Origin: Rhizobiaceae bacterium | GTDB lineage: Bacteria > Pseudomonadota > Alphaproteobacteria > Rhizobiales > Rhizobiaceae | DNA: 64,000 nucleotides | Assembly: GCA_023953835.1 (NCBI GenBank) | Contig: JAMLJB010000002.1 | Location: 90,630-154,629, forward strand | Direction: 5' to 3' | Part shown: positions 49,226-59,931 of the stretch, in pieces | Position numbering within the stretch: the stretch's first letter is position 1 | Layout of the letters: every line of letters begins with the position of its first letter | The notes under the pieces: generated by a model | Databases searched by the model: none | The model's input: only the letters and a program-made list of their open reading frames with translations | Told to the model about the DNA's origin: nothing | Translations under genes and position numbers: made by a program

Positions 49226-51455
49226 TCATAGGGGAACAGGAATCGCCCCGCGCACACCAATAGGGGTTGCGACACGCAACGAGATTGGCGTGTACAGGTC
49301 TACATCCGTGCGGCGCGCTTTCAGCGTCACCACCAAGGCGTAGCGAGACTTCTGATTGACAATGCCGGCACTGGCACGATCGCGCCACCACCCTCCGATC
49401 GGCTTGATGCAAAGCATGTCACGTCCCAGCAGGTTCACTGCGGGGCCACTCCAGGTGTCGCAATGTAGTGAGCCTGCGGAGATGCTATCCCTGCCGAGAA
49501 GCCAACCGTTGTCATCGGGATGGATGGGCGCGCCATTAGCGCCCTCCCGCTCAGCAACATTAACGCGCTTTTTGAAGTTGGTCACCGTCTCGCCACGACG
49601 GCGAAGATCAAAACGAAGCCCGAATGATTGGTAGCGGAGGGGGTCTACATTCGCCGAAAACCCTGGGTTCGGATCGACAAAGTACGAGAGGGTGATCTTA
49701 AGATCGACCAGCTCATTGCCCAGTGTCTCGAGAACATCGTCGGGCAATGGGAGCGAGTAATAGTGGCACTCGTTGAATTTTCGGCCACCTTTCAGCCGGT
49801 ATGGCTGTATTTCCGACTGCGCGATCAGGGCCAAATGGTCGCGCGCAGACGCAGCGGCCCGATCGAGCTCCGGGACGCCGTGACCGAAGCGCCTGACGAT
49901 CGGGTAGCGGTTGCGAAGGTTGGGTTCCGCATCAAACGCCGCTCGCATGGGCGCGGTGTACTCGCCGCTATGAACCATCAGCGCTCGGATTGTTTCTGGC
50001 CAATAGTCAGGGAATGTGGCCGACAACTGCGCTGCCATGCGTGCTGCCAGAGCCGTCGCGGCACTAGTTGCCTGAAATGGGACCAATGGGTAACGGCTAA
50101 CATCGCGGCCCGTGCTGAGCAGGCTAAGCGAGTCAAGATTTATAACGTCCCGTTTGCTGGGGCTTATCGCTCTATTGCCTGCTTCAAGAACAAGTTCGGG
50201 CTTTATCGGCGCTCGGTTCGTCCAGCCGACACTGGTACGGCTGAAGGGGCTGAGCTCGCCAACTCCAAGTGGAGGGACGTGCGCCTGATATCCCGCGGTT
50301 GGTCACCGCCATGCAGAATACACGCCGCCGCTCTGGCTGCCTGATTTCTGGCAGAGATACCGCTGCCTGGGTGATGGCGCCGTAGGCGTTGGGATCGTTT
50401 GGATCAGCTTTGTTGGGAGGCAATAATTTCACGGACTCGAGCCGGTGCACTATTTTACGCTCCGCCTTGTCGCCAAAAGCGGGGGTCAAATCTCCATGCG
50501 ATGCCATCCCCGCCATGCTTGTACCATGCTCGTGATGGTCATCCGTCCCCCAGGCTGAGCGGATGGCATGCAGATCTTCGACAGCGAGAAGCGGTTCAAG
50601 CAACACGTGGGCGCGGTTCACGCCGGTGTCGAGCACGCACACTGCTGGTACGTCATTGGCCGGCCAGCGCATCCGTCCTGCCAAGTCATCAACATGCCGC
50701 GTCTGCTGTTCCAGCGGTTTATCCAGATACACAGCGGGATTGTCAGTCGCCCTGCGGAGCTCCAGGAGTATGCCGGTGGCATACATCATCAGCTCTATCG
50801 CGGCGCGCGACGCGAAAATCGGTACGACTGTCGCCTCGGGAAACTTCAAGCGGCGGTCTTGCCCTGCGGCCCGAAGCCCCAACCGCTCGACGATCGTTTC
50901 GAGCTCTGCCTCATTGTTCTTTCCTACCCAGACCGACCACCACATCGTTTGTTGCGGGTCGACGGGTAGCGCGGCTGGATCATCTGTCCACAGTGTCTCG
51001 AGCCGCGCACGTCTGAATGCCTCAATAGATTCCACGAGCGCCTTGTTTGGGGGGTAACCGCCATCCGTTAGCTCTCCTGTGCGGTAGTCTTCGAGAATCG
51101 CAGCGAGCGCCGCCCGTGCGGCGTCTGGAACGTATAAGGCAACGACTCGCTCGGATCGCTCGTCATGCACCGCTCCAGGCCTGACATTCGCCCGCTTGCG
51201 CTCGAGAATGTCCGGGCTGGTCCCACGCTTCAATGCGACTTCGATATATCCCCCTTCGGCGGCAGGAAGCCTCTCATCGAGCACGCGAAGCGCATCGATT
51301 ATACCAAGGGCCGCATCGAATTCGTGCTGAAGCTTCGCGCCATGCGCCTCACGCTCGCGAACGGTACTGGAGCGGCCGGATCCCTCACCGACATAGTCAG
51401 CCGTCTCTAGGAAGCGGGAAATATCAATGTGCGGGAGCGTAAACCGACTGACCAT
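49226..51455 (-). pseudogene. ietS: IetS-like S8 (subtilisin) serine protease, split by an internal deletion and frameshift at ~50261
   Basis: VCVLDTG (Asp) and HGTSMAG (His) in the 5' frame; GELSPFSRT...IKPELVLEAGN...ATSAA (Ser) in another frame open from 50260 to the stop at 49226. Confidence 0.85.
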
Positions 51456-51458
51456 GCG

Positions 51459-52463
51459 TTAAGGCTTTGGCACCTCTAAAAAGGCCAATCGCATCCGGTG
51501 ACGCTCGTCAATTCGCGACAAGAGGTCGTCGGTAGTAATAGAACCTCTCTCGTCGAGGATCGCGGTTTTCACTGCATCATCGGCCGCCCTGACGAGCTCC
51601 GCCTGGCTCAGATCGACGGCCGCCTTGACGATTTTAGTCCATGCGAGGCGCGCGCCCTTGATCGGGCGCAAATTCCGCAGAAGGATTTCTTTGATATCTT
51701 CCGGCGTGGCTGGCCGGAATTCCAGCACCTGATCGTAACGACGCAGCAGGGCGCGGTCGAGCAACCCGGGATGGTTCGTTGCGCAGATGATGAGACTGTC
51801 GGTCGGTGCATCCTCTTCCATGAACTGTAAGAACGAATTCAACACACGTCGCATCTCAGCGACATCGTTCACTGCTGTGCGGTGCGCACCCAGCGCATCG
51901 AACTCATCGAACAGATAAACGCCACGGTGTTTGAAAGATTGCTGGAATACGAGCCGCAGCTTCGCAGCTGTATCCCCCATATATCGCGATATCAGCTGCT
52001 CGAGGCGAATGACGAATAGAGGTAGACTAAGTTCACCCGCGGTTGCCTCAGCCGACATCGTCTTTCCCGAACCCGGGGGGCCAACAAAGAGTAGTCGCCT
52101 GCTGGGCTTCTTGCCATGTTCACGCAGCCAATCACGCTTGCGTTGCTGGCGCACGACATCCGCCATGATCTTCACAATGGCAGGGTCAAGAACAACGTCT
52201 TTAAGCTTGAGATGTGGCTGGCGATATTCAAGCAGGCCCTCTAGTTCGCCCCTAGGAGCGCCGATCGCAATCGGCTCAACACCGGGCCGGTGTTGCCGCG
52301 AACCGCGCGCCTTATCAATTTCGGCTCGCATGTCGTTGGCCATCGTCCGATGGCCTTGGCGAGCCTCGGCCGCAGCGACCTGCAAGGCAATGGAATAGAA
52401 GAGCTCGTCGTCCCCTTCAGAACGGCTCTTCAGCATTGCCAGAATTTGCTTCGCGTTGGACAA
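51459..52463 (-). CDS. ietA: IetA-like AAA+ ATPase
   Basis: GPPGSGKT, LFDEFD, ATNHPGLLDRALLRR; 3 bp upstream of the S8 protease. Confidence 0.88.
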   Translation of the reverse strand: MSNAKQILAMLKSRSEGDDELFYSIALQVAAAEARQGHRTMANDMRAEIDKARGSRQHRPGVEPIAIGAPRGELEGLLEYRQPHLKLKDVVLDPAIVKIMADVVRQQRKRDWLREHGKKPSRRLLFVGPPGSGKTMSAEATAGELSLPLFVIRLEQLISRYMGDTAAKLRLVFQQSFKHRGVYLFDEFDALGAHRTAVNDVAEMRRVLNSFLQFMEEDAPTDSLIICATNHPGLLDRALLRRYDQVLEFRPATPEDIKEILLRNLRPIKGARLAWTKIVKAAVDLSQAELVRAADDAVKTAILDERGSITTDDLLSRIDERHRMRLAFLEVPKP

Positions 52464-52507
52464 GGAACCCCCACTATCCGCTTATTCTATATTAACGGCA
52501 AACGCTC

Positions 52508-53800
52508 GTGTCGTACATCGTCATACTGGGTGCCGGTCTTGGCGGCACAATCATGGCCTATGAGGTGAAGGAGAAGATGCGACCCGAAGACCGGCTGACG
52601 GTCGTCAACCAGAGAAGCGCCTATTCCTTCCTTCCTTCCAATCCGTGGATCGCCGTCGGATGGCGCAAACGTGAGGACATCACGGTTGACCTCGCACCGG
52701 TGCTGGCCCGGCGCGATATCGCGTTACGGCCGGAAGGTGCCCGGCGTGTTCATCCGAAGGAGAACCGGATCGAGCTCAATGACAGCTCCTTCCTCGACTA
52801 TGAATACCTCATCATTGCAACAGGCCCTGATCTGGCGTTCGACGAGATTCCTGGCTTGGGGCCGAGTGCGTTCACGCAGTCCATCTGCCAACTTGACCAC
52901 GCGGAACAGACCAGGGTCGCCGTCGACGCATTTTTGAAGGCCCCGGGACCGATCGTCGTCGGCGCTGCGCAGGGCGCTTCGTGCTTCGGGCCGGCTCATG
53001 AATTCGCCTTCATTCTCGACACGACGCTCAGGGCCGCGCGCAAGCGCGACCAGGTGCCGATGACCTTCATCACGCCCGAACCTTACATCGGCCATCTTGG
53101 ATTGGACGGTGTCGGCGACACAAAGGGCCTGATGGAGAGCGCCATGCGCGAGCGCCACATCAAGTGGATCACCAGTGCCCGGGTGACGAAGGTCGTACCC
53201 GGCCGCATGTCGGTCGAGGAGGTCGCCGTAGACGGCGCCGTCAAGGCGACCCACCACCTGCCCTTCGCCTTCTCGATGGTGCTACCGGCCTTCCGTGGCG
53301 TGGCGGCCGTCCGCGGCATTGAGGGATTGACCAATCCGCGCGGCTTCCTGCTGATCGATAAATACCAGCGCAACCCCTCCTTCCCGAATGTCTTCGCCAT
53401 CGGCGTCTGTGTCGCCATTCCGCCGGTCGGCAAGACGCCGCTGGCGGTCGGCGTGCCCAAGACGGGCTTCATGATCGAATCCATGGTGACGGCCACCGCC
53501 GCCAATATCGCCTCCTTGCTGCGCGGTGAAGAACCGCGTGCGGTCGCCACCTGGAATGCGGTCTGCCTCGCGGATTTCGGTGACGAAGGCATCGCCTTCA
53601 TCGCGCAGCCGCAGATTCCGCCGCGCAACGTCAACTGGTCTCCTCAGGGCAAGTGGGTCCACGCGGCCAAGGTGGGCTTCGAAAAATACTTCCTGCACAA
53701 GGTGAGGCAGGGCCGGAGCGAGACGTTCTACGAAAACCTGACGCTGGATCTGCTCGGCATCGGGAAACTCAAGGATATCCATATCGAGCCGGCCGAATGA
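52508..53800 (+). CDS. sqr: Sulfide:quinone oxidoreductase (type I/SqrA-like)
   Basis: ILGAGLGG, PSNPW, SIC, SCFGPAHEF, PKTGFMIESM, WNAVCLADFG; 5' end lacks an obvious RBS. Confidence 0.85.
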   Translation: MSYIVILGAGLGGTIMAYEVKEKMRPEDRLTVVNQRSAYSFLPSNPWIAVGWRKREDITVDLAPVLARRDIALRPEGARRVHPKENRIELNDSSFLDYEYLIIATGPDLAFDEIPGLGPSAFTQSICQLDHAEQTRVAVDAFLKAPGPIVVGAAQGASCFGPAHEFAFILDTTLRAARKRDQVPMTFITPEPYIGHLGLDGVGDTKGLMESAMRERHIKWITSARVTKVVPGRMSVEEVAVDGAVKATHHLPFAFSMVLPAFRGVAAVRGIEGLTNPRGFLLIDKYQRNPSFPNVFAIGVCVAIPPVGKTPLAVGVPKTGFMIESMVTATAANIASLLRGEEPRAVATWNAVCLADFGDEGIAFIAQPQIPPRNVNWSPQGKWVHAAKVGFEKYFLHKVRQGRSETFYENLTLDLLGIGKLKDIHIEPAE

Positions 53801-53832
53801 TCGCGCTGAGCGTAACCGACAAGGAGAAGAAA

Positions 53833-54036
53833 ATGACCATTGATCGTGCCGTTATGATGTTCGCGGGGTCCGTCGTGCTGGTGTCGCTGGCACTCGGCTT
53901 CTTCGTGTCGCCGTGGTGGTATCTTCTGACGGCTTTTGCAGGCCTCAACATGATGCAGGCGTCGATAACGGGCTTCTGTCCCGCAGCGATCGTCTTCAAG
54001 CGGCTGGGCTGCAAGTCGGGCGTCGCCTTCAAGTAA
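53833..54036 (+). CDS. DUF2892 (YgaP-like) small membrane protein
   Basis: IDRAVMMFAG...GLNMMQASITGFCPAA; AAGGAG RBS. Confidence 0.88.
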   Translation: MTIDRAVMMFAGSVVLVSLALGFFVSPWWYLLTAFAGLNMMQASITGFCPAAIVFKRLGCKSGVAFK

Positions 54037-54095
54037 GCGGAATCGTCTTCGCGCCCCAGACGCGAGGACGACCGCATCCGGTGCCAGGATCCTCC

Positions 54096-55106
54096 ATGTC
54101 GAAGCTCAAACCCATCCTAGCGGCCGCGTTCTTGTTCGCCGTGGCACTCGACCTCCGACCGGCTGTCGCCGAGGAGTTCGTCGTCAAAGCGGCGACGATC
54201 CCCGAAATGAAGGCCGTCTTCGGCGAAGTCGAGAGCCGCACGGTTGTGCCTGCACGCGCCCGTATCAGCGGTACTTTTCGCGAAATCCGCGTCAGCGAGG
54301 GCAGCGAGGTAACGGAAGGCGACATTATCGGCGTGGTGGTCGACGACAAGATCGCGCTTCAGCTCACGGCCGCCGATGCCAAGATCAACGCCCTGAGATC
54401 ACAACTGGAAAATGCCCGCACGGAAGTCGAGCGCGCCCAGCAGCTCGTGTCGCAGGGCGTCGGTACGCAAAGCCGGCTGGACGCCGCCAGGACGGCCTAC
54501 GAGGTCGCGACCAACCAAGTGGCGGCAGCCGAGGCCGACAAGGCGGTGATCGAGCAGAGCGCGCGCGAAGGCGATGTGCTTGCGCCGGCCACCGGCCGTG
54601 TGCTGACCGTGCCTGTCACCCCCGGTTCAGTCATTCTGGCCGGGGAGGCGGTCTCACGCATCGCGACCGGACCCTACTACCTGCGGTTGTCGTTGCCGGA
54701 ACGTCATGCGACGGAAATCGTCGAAGGCGCCGCAGTCGAGGTCGGCGCGCGCGGACGAACGCAGTCGCCGGACAAGCCGGTGGCCATGCGCAAGGGAAGG
54801 ATCGTCAAGGTCTATCCCGAGATAGCCGACGGTCGCGTCATCGCCGATGTCGATGTCGCTGACATCGGCAACTATTTCGTCAACGAGCGGACGCTGGTGT
54901 TGATCCCGGTCGGAACGCGCACGGTGCTTGCCGTGCCGCCGGCGGCTGTGACGACGCTGCATGGCATCGATTATGTGCGGGTTGTGACTGCCGATGGCGA
55001 AATGGACGTGACGGTCATCCCCGGCGAAAACTTCAAGGATGATGGCCAGGAACGGATCGAGATCCTGACCGGGCTCCATGACGGCGACCGGATCGTGCTG
55101 CCATGA
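54096..55106 (+). CDS. RND efflux periplasmic adaptor
   Basis: VPARARISG, biotinyl-lipoyl-like halves around a coiled coil, GLHDGDRIV. Confidence 0.9.
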   Translation: MSKLKPILAAAFLFAVALDLRPAVAEEFVVKAATIPEMKAVFGEVESRTVVPARARISGTFREIRVSEGSEVTEGDIIGVVVDDKIALQLTAADAKINALRSQLENARTEVERAQQLVSQGVGTQSRLDAARTAYEVATNQVAAAEADKAVIEQSAREGDVLAPATGRVLTVPVTPGSVILAGEAVSRIATGPYYLRLSLPERHATEIVEGAAVEVGARGRTQSPDKPVAMRKGRIVKVYPEIADGRVIADVDVADIGNYFVNERTLVLIPVGTRTVLAVPPAAVTTLHGIDYVRVVTADGEMDVTVIPGENFKDDGQERIEILTGLHDGDRIVLP

Positions 55107-58100
55107 AACCCTCCCTTCCCGGCCTCGGCATTGCCGGCGGCCTGACGCGCGCATTCATCGGATCGCCGCTGACGCCGCTTTTCCTGCTGGCTGCGTTGGC
55201 GCTTGGGCTGATCGCGCTGGTCACGCTGCCGCGCGAGGAGGAACCGCAGATTTCCGTGCCGATGGTGGACATCCATGTTAGCGCTAACGGCCTCAAGGCG
55301 GAGGATGCCGTCAAGCTCGTCACCGAGCCGCTGGAAACAATCGTCAAGAGTATCGACGGCGTCGAGCACGTCTATTCGCAGACCGAGGACGACGGCACGC
55401 TGGTCACGGCGCGCTTCGAGGTCGGCACCGATACCGACACGGCCGTGCTCAGGGTTCATGAGAAGGTCCGCGCCAACATGGACCGCATCCCGGTCGGCGT
55501 CCCCGAGCCGCTGATCGTCGGGCGCGGCATCGATGACGTGGCGATCGTCGTCGTCACCTTGCGGCCGATCCCGGGAGCGTCGTCGCGCTGGACGGCGAAC
55601 GGGCTGACCCGACTGGCCCGCGAGCTCCAGGTCGAAGTGTCGAAGTTGGCGGATGTCGGCCTGACCTACATCGTGGGCGAGCAGCCGGAAGCGATCCAGG
55701 TCGAGCCCGATCCCGAAAAGCTCTCGCTCTACGGCATCACGCTGCAGCAGCTCGCCGCCAAGGTCGAGGGCGCCAACCGCTCGTTCCGCGTCGGCACGGT
55801 GCGCGAGGACGGTGGCCAGCGAGCCATCGTCGCCGGCCAGACGCTGCAGGAATTGCCTCAGATCGGCAATCTCCTCCTGACCGCGCGAGACGGGCGACCC
55901 GTCTATGTCCGCGACGTGGCCAGAGTGGTGCTGGCGACGGAGCCGGCCGAGAACCACGTCACCGACATCCGCAAGACGGATGCCGGGCCGGAGCGCGCGC
56001 CAGCCGTCTCGCTGGCCATTGCCAAGCGCCCTGGCACCAACGCCGTGATCATCGCCGACGAAATCGTGAACCGCCTGGAACAAACGCGCGGCCAGGTTTT
56101 TCCCAAGGATGTGGAGATGACGGTCACGCGAGACTATGGTGAGACCGCGAACGAGAAGGCCAACGAGCTTCTATTCCATCTCGGTCTGGCGACGGTTTCC
56201 ATCGTCGTGCTGGTCGCCATCGCCATCGGCTGGCGCGAGGCGTTGGTTGTGGCCGTGGTCATCCCCACCACCATCCTGCTCACCCTCTTTGCATCCTGGA
56301 TCATGGGCTACACGCTCAACCGCGTCAGCCTGTTCGCGCTCATCTTCTCCATCGGCATCCTGGTCGACGACGCCATCGTGGTGATCGAAAACATCGCCCG
56401 CCACTGGGCGATGGACGATGGCCGCCCGCACGCCCAAGCTGCCATCGACGCGGTCGCCGAGGTAGGCAATCCCACCATCATCGCCACGCTGACGGTGGTG
56501 GCCGCACTCCTGCCCATGCTGTTCGTGTCGGGGATGATGGGACCCTATATGAGCCCTATCCCGGCCAACGCGTCCGCCGCTATGCTGTTTTCCTTCTTCG
56601 TTGCCGTCATCCTGACGCCGTGGCTGATGATCAGGATCGGGAGAAGGGATGCCTCAGCTGCCCACGGCCATGACGGAGCCGAAGGTGGACGGCTCGGTCG
56701 GATCTATGTCGCGGTCGCCCGGCCGATCCTGAAGACCCAGGCGCGTGCCTGGGCTTTCCTTCTGATCGTTGGTATCGCCACCCTCGCCTCGCTCGGGTTG
56801 ATCTACACCAAGCACGTGACGGTGAAGCTGCTGCCCTTCGACAACAAGAGCAGCCTGCAAATCGTGCTCGACCTGCCCAAGGGGTCGTCCGTCGAAGACA
56901 CTGACCACGCGCTGCAGCAGATGGTCGATAGGCTGGCAGCTGTGCCGGAGATCATCTCGTTCCAGACCTATGCGGGCACCGGCTCGCCCTTCGATTTCAA
57001 TGGGCTGGTGCGGCACCAGTACATGCGTTCGCAGCCGCAGCAGGGCGACATCGCCATAAATCTCCTGGCCAAGGGCGATCGGAAGCGGGAGAGTCACGCC
57101 ATCGCGCTCGACATGCGCGAGCGCCTCAACAGCCTCGGTTTTCCAGCAGGCTCAGTGGTCAAGGTGGTGGAGCCGCCGCCCGGCCCGCCGGTATTGGGCA
57201 CGCTGCTCGCCGAGATCTACGGTCCCGACGCCGAAACGCGGCGTGCAGTTGCGGGCAAGGTCCGCGAGGCGTTCGAGAGTGTGCCCTTCATCGTCGATGT
57301 CGACGACAGCTATCACAACCAGCCCGAGCGCGTGCGAGTCTCGATCGATCAGGACAATGTCGAATATTACAAGGTCGAGCAGTCGGACGTCTACGACGCG
57401 CTGAACGCGCTCTATAGCGGCACGACGGTCGGCTATTCGCATCGCGGCGGCGGACGCCAGCCGATCCCGATCCGCATTGCCCTGCCGAAGGGGCAATCCG
57501 TCATGGACGAGCGGGCGCTGGCGACACCCGTGCCGGCTAATGCGCTGCCGGGCGGCCGCGACGTGGTCGAGCTCGGCGACGTCGTTTCCGTCACCCGCGA
57601 GCCGGCATCATGGCCAATCTTCCGACACAATGGTCGTCCCGCCGAAATGGTCATGGCCGAACTTGCCGGCGCGTACGAAGCGCCGATCTACGGCATGCTC
57701 GCCGTCGACGATGCCATAGCCAAGGCCGACTGGAGCAGCCTGCCCAAACCGGCTATCGCGCTGCACGGCCAGCCGGACGACGAATCGCATCCAACGCTGC
57801 TGTGGGACGGCGAGTGGGAGGTGACATGGGTGACCTTCCGCGATATGGGTGCGGCCTTCATGGTGGCGATCCTCGGCATCTACATCCTTGTCGTCGCGCA
57901 GTTCGGTTCGTTCCGAGTACCGCTCGTCATCCTGACGCCGATCCCGCTCACCTTCATCGGCATCATGATCGGCCACTGGGCGTTCGCTGCTCCCTTCTCG
58001 GCCACCTCCATGATCGGCTTCATCGCACTCGCGGGCATCATCGTGCGCAACTCGATCCTGCTGGTCGACTTCATCCGTCATGCCCGCCGGCCCGGTCAGC

Positions 58101-58375
58101 CGTTGCTCGAAATCCTGCTGGAGGCCGGCGCCATCCGTTTCAAGCCGATCCTGCTGACAGCGATCGCGGCCATGATCGGTGCGGCGGTCATCTTGACCGA
58201 TCCGATCTTCCAGGGCCTGGCGATCTCGCTTCTGTTCGGGCTGGCATCGTCAACCGCCCTCACCGTCCTCGTCATTCCCGCAATCTACGTCGCGCTGAGA
58301 GGCGGGCACTACGTCGAGTCCGAGACGGCGAGCTCGGATATTCCGCCCGTGAACCCGGATATTGAGAAGACCTGA
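55103..58375 (+). CDS. RND efflux permease (AcrB/CusA family)
   Basis: EEPQI.VPMVD, GILVDDAIVVIEN, GIIVRNSILLVDF, RFKPILLT. Confidence 0.93.
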   Translation: MKPSLPGLGIAGGLTRAFIGSPLTPLFLLAALALGLIALVTLPREEEPQISVPMVDIHVSANGLKAEDAVKLVTEPLETIVKSIDGVEHVYSQTEDDGTLVTARFEVGTDTDTAVLRVHEKVRANMDRIPVGVPEPLIVGRGIDDVAIVVVTLRPIPGASSRWTANGLTRLARELQVEVSKLADVGLTYIVGEQPEAIQVEPDPEKLSLYGITLQQLAAKVEGANRSFRVGTVREDGGQRAIVAGQTLQELPQIGNLLLTARDGRPVYVRDVARVVLATEPAENHVTDIRKTDAGPERAPAVSLAIAKRPGTNAVIIADEIVNRLEQTRGQVFPKDVEMTVTRDYGETANEKANELLFHLGLATVSIVVLVAIAIGWREALVVAVVIPTTILLTLFASWIMGYTLNRVSLFALIFSIGILVDDAIVVIENIARHWAMDDGRPHAQAAIDAVAEVGNPTIIATLTVVAALLPMLFVSGMMGPYMSPIPANASAAMLFSFFVAVILTPWLMIRIGRRDASAAHGHDGAEGGRLGRIYVAVARPILKTQARAWAFLLIVGIATLASLGLIYTKHVTVKLLPFDNKSSLQIVLDLPKGSSVEDTDHALQQMVDRLAAVPEIISFQTYAGTGSPFDFNGLVRHQYMRSQPQQGDIAINLLAKGDRKRESHAIALDMRERLNSLGFPAGSVVKVVEPPPGPPVLGTLLAEIYGPDAETRRAVAGKVREAFESVPFIVDVDDSYHNQPERVRVSIDQDNVEYYKVEQSDVYDALNALYSGTTVGYSHRGGGRQPIPIRIALPKGQSVMDERALATPVPANALPGGRDVVELGDVVSVTREPASWPIFRHNGRPAEMVMAELAGAYEAPIYGMLAVDDAIAKADWSSLPKPAIALHGQPDDESHPTLLWDGEWEVTWVTFRDMGAAFMVAILGIYILVVAQFGSFRVPLVILTPIPLTFIGIMIGHWAFAAPFSATSMIGFIALAGIIVRNSILLVDFIRHARRPGQPLLEILLEAGAIRFKPILLTAIAAMIGAAVILTDPIFQGLAISLLFGLASSTALTVLVIPAIYVALRGGHYVESETASSDIPPVNPDIEKT

Positions 58376-58504
58376 TCGATACGTGAAGTTCGGACGCCGA
58401 GGATGAGCCCTGGCGAAGCGCTCATCCAGATCACTTGTCCGCCCAATTCTCGAAATAGACCGCAGCGTAAAAGCAAATTGTGCCGCAGCCACGCATGACG
58501 GTGC

Positions 58505-58518
58505 TTGATCGATATCAA
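58505..58518. promoter_or_regulatory. Perfect FNR/FixK box TTGAT-CGAT-ATCAA
   Basis: Consensus TTGAT-N4-ATCAA; AATAAT at 58542-58547 fits class II (-41.5) spacing. Confidence 0.75.
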
Positions 58519-58569
58519 TGACAGGCGCGGTGCGACGCAACAATAATCTCTAACTATCCGACACAGACG

Positions 58570-59931
58570 TTGAGCGCAATGCGACACATCAAAATTGCGT
58601 TCTGGGGCCTTCTGGCGTTGCTGAGCATTCTGTGGCTGGCAGCCGAACCTTCGGTTTTCCAGACGGAGAGTTTCATGGCATTGCGCGGCGCGATGGTCCA
58701 GTACAGCGGCGTCATCGCCATGGGCGCAATGAGCGTGGCGATGGTTCTGGCGCTACGGCCGCGCTGGCCTGAGCGATGGTTCGGCGGGTTGGACAAGATG
58801 TACCGCCTGCACAAGTGGCTTGGCATCGCAGCCTTGGGTGTCTCCGTGGTTCATTGGCTTTGGAGCCAAGGGCCGAAATGGGCAGTGGGCTGGGGCTGGC
58901 TTGAGCGTCCGGTGCGCGGCGAAAGGCCGGCGATCGTAAACCCGGTCGAAGCATTCCTCATGAATTTACGCGGTTCTGCGGAAGGGGTAGGCGAATGGGC
59001 GTTCTATGCCGCGGTGCTGCTGATCGCATTGGCGCTCATCAAGTATTTCCCATACCGGCTCTTCTACAAGACCCATCGCCTGCTCGCCATTGCCTATCTG
59101 GTGCTGGCGTTCCATTCGCCTGTGCTGACCGAGTTCCGCTATTGGACCTCACCGCTTGGCATGGTGATGTTGCTGCTGCTGGGCGCAGGAACCTATGCCG
59201 CAGGGATAGTACTGCTGCGCCGCGTCGGTATTGACCGTCAGGTTCAAGGCAGGGTCGCCTCGCTCCATTATTACCCCGGCGTGCGGGCGCTCGAGACTGA
59301 GATCGAGGTGCCGCAGGGCTGGCCCGGCCACCGACCGGGGCAGTTTGCTTTCGCGTCATCGGACAGTTCCGAAGGCGCACATCCCTACACCATCGCTTCG
59401 GGTTGGAATGACAAGGATCGTCGGATCACCTTCGTCACCAAGGAATTGGGCGATCATACCAACCGGCTGCGCGAGAAGCTGCATGTTGGACAGAATGTGA
59501 AAATAGAAGGGCCATATGGCTGCTTCGACTTCAACAACGGCCAACCGCGGCAGATCTGGATCGGTGGCGGCATTGGCATCACACCGTTCATTGCCGGCAT
59601 GAAGCACATCGCGATGGAGCGGCAGGCAAATCCGGATCAGCCATTGCCGATGATCGACCTGTTTCATACGACCGCCGAGTACGACGAGACAGCCATCGCC
59701 AAATTGAAGGCAGATGCCGGGGCCGCGAACATCCGCCTGCATGTCCTTATCGACGCCCGCGATGGGCTCCTGACTGGCGAACGCATCCGTGCGCAGGTGC
59801 CGCAATGGCGTGAGGCCAGTATATGGTTTTGCGGTCCTCTGGGTTTTGGCGAGGCGCTACGGAGGGATTTTGCAGCACAAGGGCTGCCTGTAGGCGAGCG
59901 GTTTCATCAGGAGCTTTTTGCGATGCGATGA
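58570..59931 (+). CDS. Ferric-reductase-like transmembrane domain plus FAD/NAD-binding oxidoreductase
   Basis: YRLHKWLG and THRL heme His, HPYTIAS, EGPYG, GGGIGITPF, FCGP; alternative ATG at 58579. Confidence 0.9.
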   Translation: MSAMRHIKIAFWGLLALLSILWLAAEPSVFQTESFMALRGAMVQYSGVIAMGAMSVAMVLALRPRWPERWFGGLDKMYRLHKWLGIAALGVSVVHWLWSQGPKWAVGWGWLERPVRGERPAIVNPVEAFLMNLRGSAEGVGEWAFYAAVLLIALALIKYFPYRLFYKTHRLLAIAYLVLAFHSPVLTEFRYWTSPLGMVMLLLLGAGTYAAGIVLLRRVGIDRQVQGRVASLHYYPGVRALETEIEVPQGWPGHRPGQFAFASSDSSEGAHPYTIASGWNDKDRRITFVTKELGDHTNRLREKLHVGQNVKIEGPYGCFDFNNGQPRQIWIGGGIGITPFIAGMKHIAMERQANPDQPLPMIDLFHTTAEYDETAIAKLKADAGAANIRLHVLIDARDGLLTGERIRAQVPQWREASIWFCGPLGFGEALRRDFAAQGLPVGERFHQELFAMR

